Assembly (NCBI GenBank): GCA_015680685.1
Contig: MNCI01000520.1
Location: 102,301 to 166,300 of the forward strand
Source of the DNA: Gnetum montanum
Taxonomy: Eukaryota; Plantae; Gnetophyta
DNA length: 64,000 nt
Reading direction: 5' to 3'
Part shown: positions 60,730 to 64,000 of the stretch, one piece after another
Layout of the letters: the number at the start of each line of letters is the position of its first letter
Position numbering within the stretch: the stretch's first letter is position 1
Notes under the pieces: model-generated
Told to the model about the DNA's origin: nothing
Seen by the model: only the letters and a program-made list of their open reading frames with translations
The model's database searches: none
Made by a program: the position numbers and the translations under genes

Positions 60730-63700
60730 TTCCCCCATGAATGATCTATGTCTACCACCTATAAGGCCTCTACATGTTGAATTGAGCTTTAAGCATGCTT
60801 AGAGATGAAAGATATTTCATCATGATATGCTAGGTTTTGCCTATCAAGTGTTACATCTATCTTACTTAAATGGCACATGCATGGAGTGCAACAAGACTAG
60901 GAAGGATTGTAAGGTATTTTCTTGTACTTCATCCTTTTAGTCTCATTTTCAATATGGATCTCAAGATGGAAATCTTGGAAAACCAACCTAGCATTTGTAG
61001 TGATTAACTAGGTTCTCCCCATGATAATAAGAAGATCCTCTTCAACCTTGTTTTCTAATATGACTACCAAGAAATCTGTAGCATACAACCAACCTATAAC
61101 AAAAGTGATCACATTACATACATATCAAGATATGATTGTTCTACCATGTCTAATCAAATTTTGATACACTGGAAGGGAGAAAGCCCCCAATCAAGATATT
61201 GTTACAATGAGATGAGATTGACTTCCAAACCAAAATCACAACGAGCTAGGAAATGATCTTTTTCGCTAATTTGAATCTCCACAATGGGATTGCAAGGATC
61301 TAATTACTTTTTAAGTGAATATTATCCCTTTACTACTTATATAACCATCTATTACATAGGAACAATAATAACATCATCATCAGATGCCATCATGTTACCT
61401 CTACTAGATACAATAGTGAAACTTATCCCAAAAGTAGATATTGCAATTTGATCATGATGTGGATTTCTATCTATATTGAATTATTTTCCTCTTCACAAAG
61501 TGAGGGGATGATGTAGACCTAGTCCTATGGTTCTCATGTCTATGCTTGCAATAAAACTTCCTTTCATGGAACTTTTAACTTTTCCCCGTAACCGAATTGA
61601 TAGGAGATTGGTAATATTTCCTAGAAGCATGCATTAGGGTAAGACTAACATAATAGGTAATATTACATGACTTGGGTTGCCTTAGTTATGACTGGCTAGG
61701 TATTCCATCTTTCATGGAACTAGGAAGTAGAAGTTGCTACTATTGTTGCTTGGAAGCTTGGTTGGTAGGATTGCTTAGAGTAGGTAGGTATTTTTGAGGT
61801 ATCATTAATGGTAATTAATAAGTACTTACCTATGCATCATGAAAATAAGGATTAGATGGAGGTTCCATCTATTGTTGCATTGGATTTAGGAAATAGAAGT
61901 TGCTACTATTGTTGCTGGGAAGCTTGGTTGGTAGGATTTCTTATAGAAGGTAGGTATTGTTGAAGTATCATTAATGGGAATTAATAAGTACTTGCCTATG
62001 CATCATGAAAATAAGGATTAGATGGAGGTGCCATCTATTGTTGCATTGGAGTTAGGAGATTCCATGGAGCAACATCCCCAAGATTTAGAGATACTACATG
62101 TCCTATAGACAGGTACCACTACAATAGTACAAATGACTAGGATTTGTAGTCCTGCTTGTTTACCTTTTGATGAATTTGGGATTCAAAGTTTTTCTAGATC
62201 ATCCGATCTCACGAATCATATAATCCATGACTAAGCAACATTTTAAATCATAAGAGTCTACATAGTATTCATAAGCATCCTAATCATTGGAGTATAAGGA
62301 ATCCTTATTTGAATCTTATTAAATGCTCTTAGAATGAGAGAAATTCCCTTTATTCTTGTAATCATACCTCTTTCAACATTCATGTGGTACAACTACTTTA
62401 ATCACACCTTTAACAACCTTACCTGTAATATCCTTGAGAGTGATGAACATCTTTTTATTCATCATGTCCCAAACTTCATCCACACAGTGAAGTAAGTTTA
62501 TCAAGGCTATATTCATTCTTACCTAATCTTGCACTAGGGCCTCAACTACAATGGAAGGTTTAGTAGTATCTTTAATGTTTTTAGTCTCTCATCTGCATGC
62601 TAGGTTATGATTGTACTTCTTAGTTAACTATCGCTTTTGCGACTCACATTCCATGCTTGCAATGGTATTTAAGAGCACTTTGATTTAGGCCATAGAATTT
62701 TTGTAAATATAGCCCATTGTATACATGTCCATATACTCTCTTGTATCCTACCTTATCCCTTCTATGATATGTATTAATTGCTCTATTTGACTAAAATCAT
62801 GGCTTGGACAGTGATGAGTAGTTTTCATGTATCTCTCCATGGTGATGTTAAGAGGTTCATGGGATCTTTGCCTCCATCCATCCATCTTCTTCTAGATGCT
62901 TGAAATTCAGGCCTAGATCTAAAGTTTTGTATAGAAGATTCTAACCATATCTAACCATCTCTAAATTCATCTAAGGGCAAAGATTTGTACTAGGTTTCTA
63001 CATTCTCAATGAAGATATGGGGAAACAACTGCAACTTCTTCCAATCACTCACAATGCCTTGAAGATAGCAAGAATTATCAAAGGTTTGCACATGAAGTTG
63101 GGGATCATCATTGTTATACCCTCTATATGTTGATACATCGGCCATGTTGATCCATTTAATTCTACTATCCTAAACATACTTTTTTGGAATGTGTACAAGT
63201 TTAGTTAACTCATGATAATCACTCTAGTTAACAAAGGTGAATCATCATCATCACTAGTAGGTCTAGACAATTGAAAATGCTAGAACTTGAAAAGAAGATC
63301 ATTATTTTGATCTTTGGCTACACATGAAGTAAAGGTACCTGATCATGGGCCTTCATGGTAGGGTGGCCCTTTATCCTTCTTGTTTGCTTTAGCTTCCTCC
63401 CCCTTATCTAAATGATCAAATGAAAACCTATGGCTAGCATTTTTTCTACCATTTTATCTTGAAGATATTTCATGTACAAAGTATCATAATCATCAAACAT
63501 AGGTTTGTGAGCTTTTTATGATGCATGTTCATCCTCTAGCCCCATGTTAATGAGGGCATCTTTGAGATCATTTGGTGTAATCATGATTGTATCCCTAGAT
63601 AACTAGTCATAAGCACCTCTTTACATTTCCTATTTATTTTGATGATAGGCTAGCACAACTAGTAGAAGGGTCTTATCCTTTGAATTCTGAAAGGTAACAA
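60730..63700 (-). pseudogene. gag: Decayed gag-protease of G
   Basis: WINMADVSTYRGYNNDDPQLHVQTFDNSCYLQGIVSDWKKLQLFP (~63020-63155); protease DPCNPIVEIQI...CDFGLEVNLI...DFLVV (~61010-61300). Confidence 0.85.
61721..62056 (+). repeat. Tandem duplication, 2 x 166 bp, inside gag of G
   Basis: TAGGAA(G/A)TAGAAGTTGCTACTATTGTTGC starts at 61721 and 61887; single copy in F. Confidence 0.9.
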
Positions 63701-63892
63701 AAGCCCTTCAACTTTTTAGTGCATTACTAGAGATCTTTGGTGGACTCTTAGAATTATCTACTATCTCGTTTATCTTCACAACCTATACACACAATACTAA
63801 AAACATAGACTTGATTTAAATAAAAGTTAAAATCAGGAATGTACAATTATCTCTAGATAATTTTTCAACATCGTTCCTAGAAATAGCACCAA

Positions 63893-64000
63893 TAATAGGG
63901 ATCTTTCTGATTTTGAACCAAAACAAGTTATTATACAAATCACAATGTGATTTGGTCCCAAACTTTCAGGATAATGTTAAGTGGATTACCAAGAACACTC
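63893..64000 (-). repeat. 5' LTR of G, partial
   Basis: Matches 53775-53883 and 49916-50022. Confidence 0.8.

Larger units (their letters stand above)
53775..64000 (-). mobile_element. Element G: old Athila-like element related to F; gag-protease plus 3' ORF, no RT/RH/INT
   Basis: 3' LTR 53775-55046; PPT relic (rc AGTCATGGAATAA) at 55047-55059; degenerate Asp PBS ~63875-63891; 5' LTR starts at 63893 and runs off the window. Confidence 0.87.

Overview
Gene-free, AT-rich, CpG/CHG-depleted plant (probably non-angiosperm, inferred) heterochromatin built almost entirely from nested transposable elements, with five scaffold gaps. Element boundaries were fixed by terminal repeats and 5-bp target-site duplications (TSDs). 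(A) Minus-strand Athila-like gag-protease element running off the left edge; its 5' LTR (3314-10102) is split by (E), a Tat-like non-autonomous element (3637-9462, tRNA-Asn PBS). A decayed CACTA left end lies at 11499. A degenerate LINE (endonuclease, RT and C-terminal Cys motif; ~15110-38800) is split by (B), a complete Athila-like gag-protease-only element (15848-22934, TSD TCCTC), and by (C), an iMet-primed non-autonomous element (23689-38166) carrying an acidic ORF with PPR-like fragments. C is in turn split by (D), the youngest element: a minus-strand Tat Gypsy with 2.95-kb LTRs (25468-36145, TSD AGTTG) and an extra RNase H upstream of RT. (F, 39186-51121) and (G, 53775-64000) are older minus-strand Athila-like elements with gag-protease and a long 3' ORF but no RT/RH/INT; F carries two solo LTRs. 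Most notable: a multi-family lineage of pol-less Athila-like elements sharing PBS/PPT signals, family-specific palindrome arrays upstream of the TATA box in six LTR families, PPR-like capture in C, and the aRH-before-RT, possibly gag-less, structure of D. No host gene, RNA gene or CRISPR array is supported. Identities are estimated by eye.
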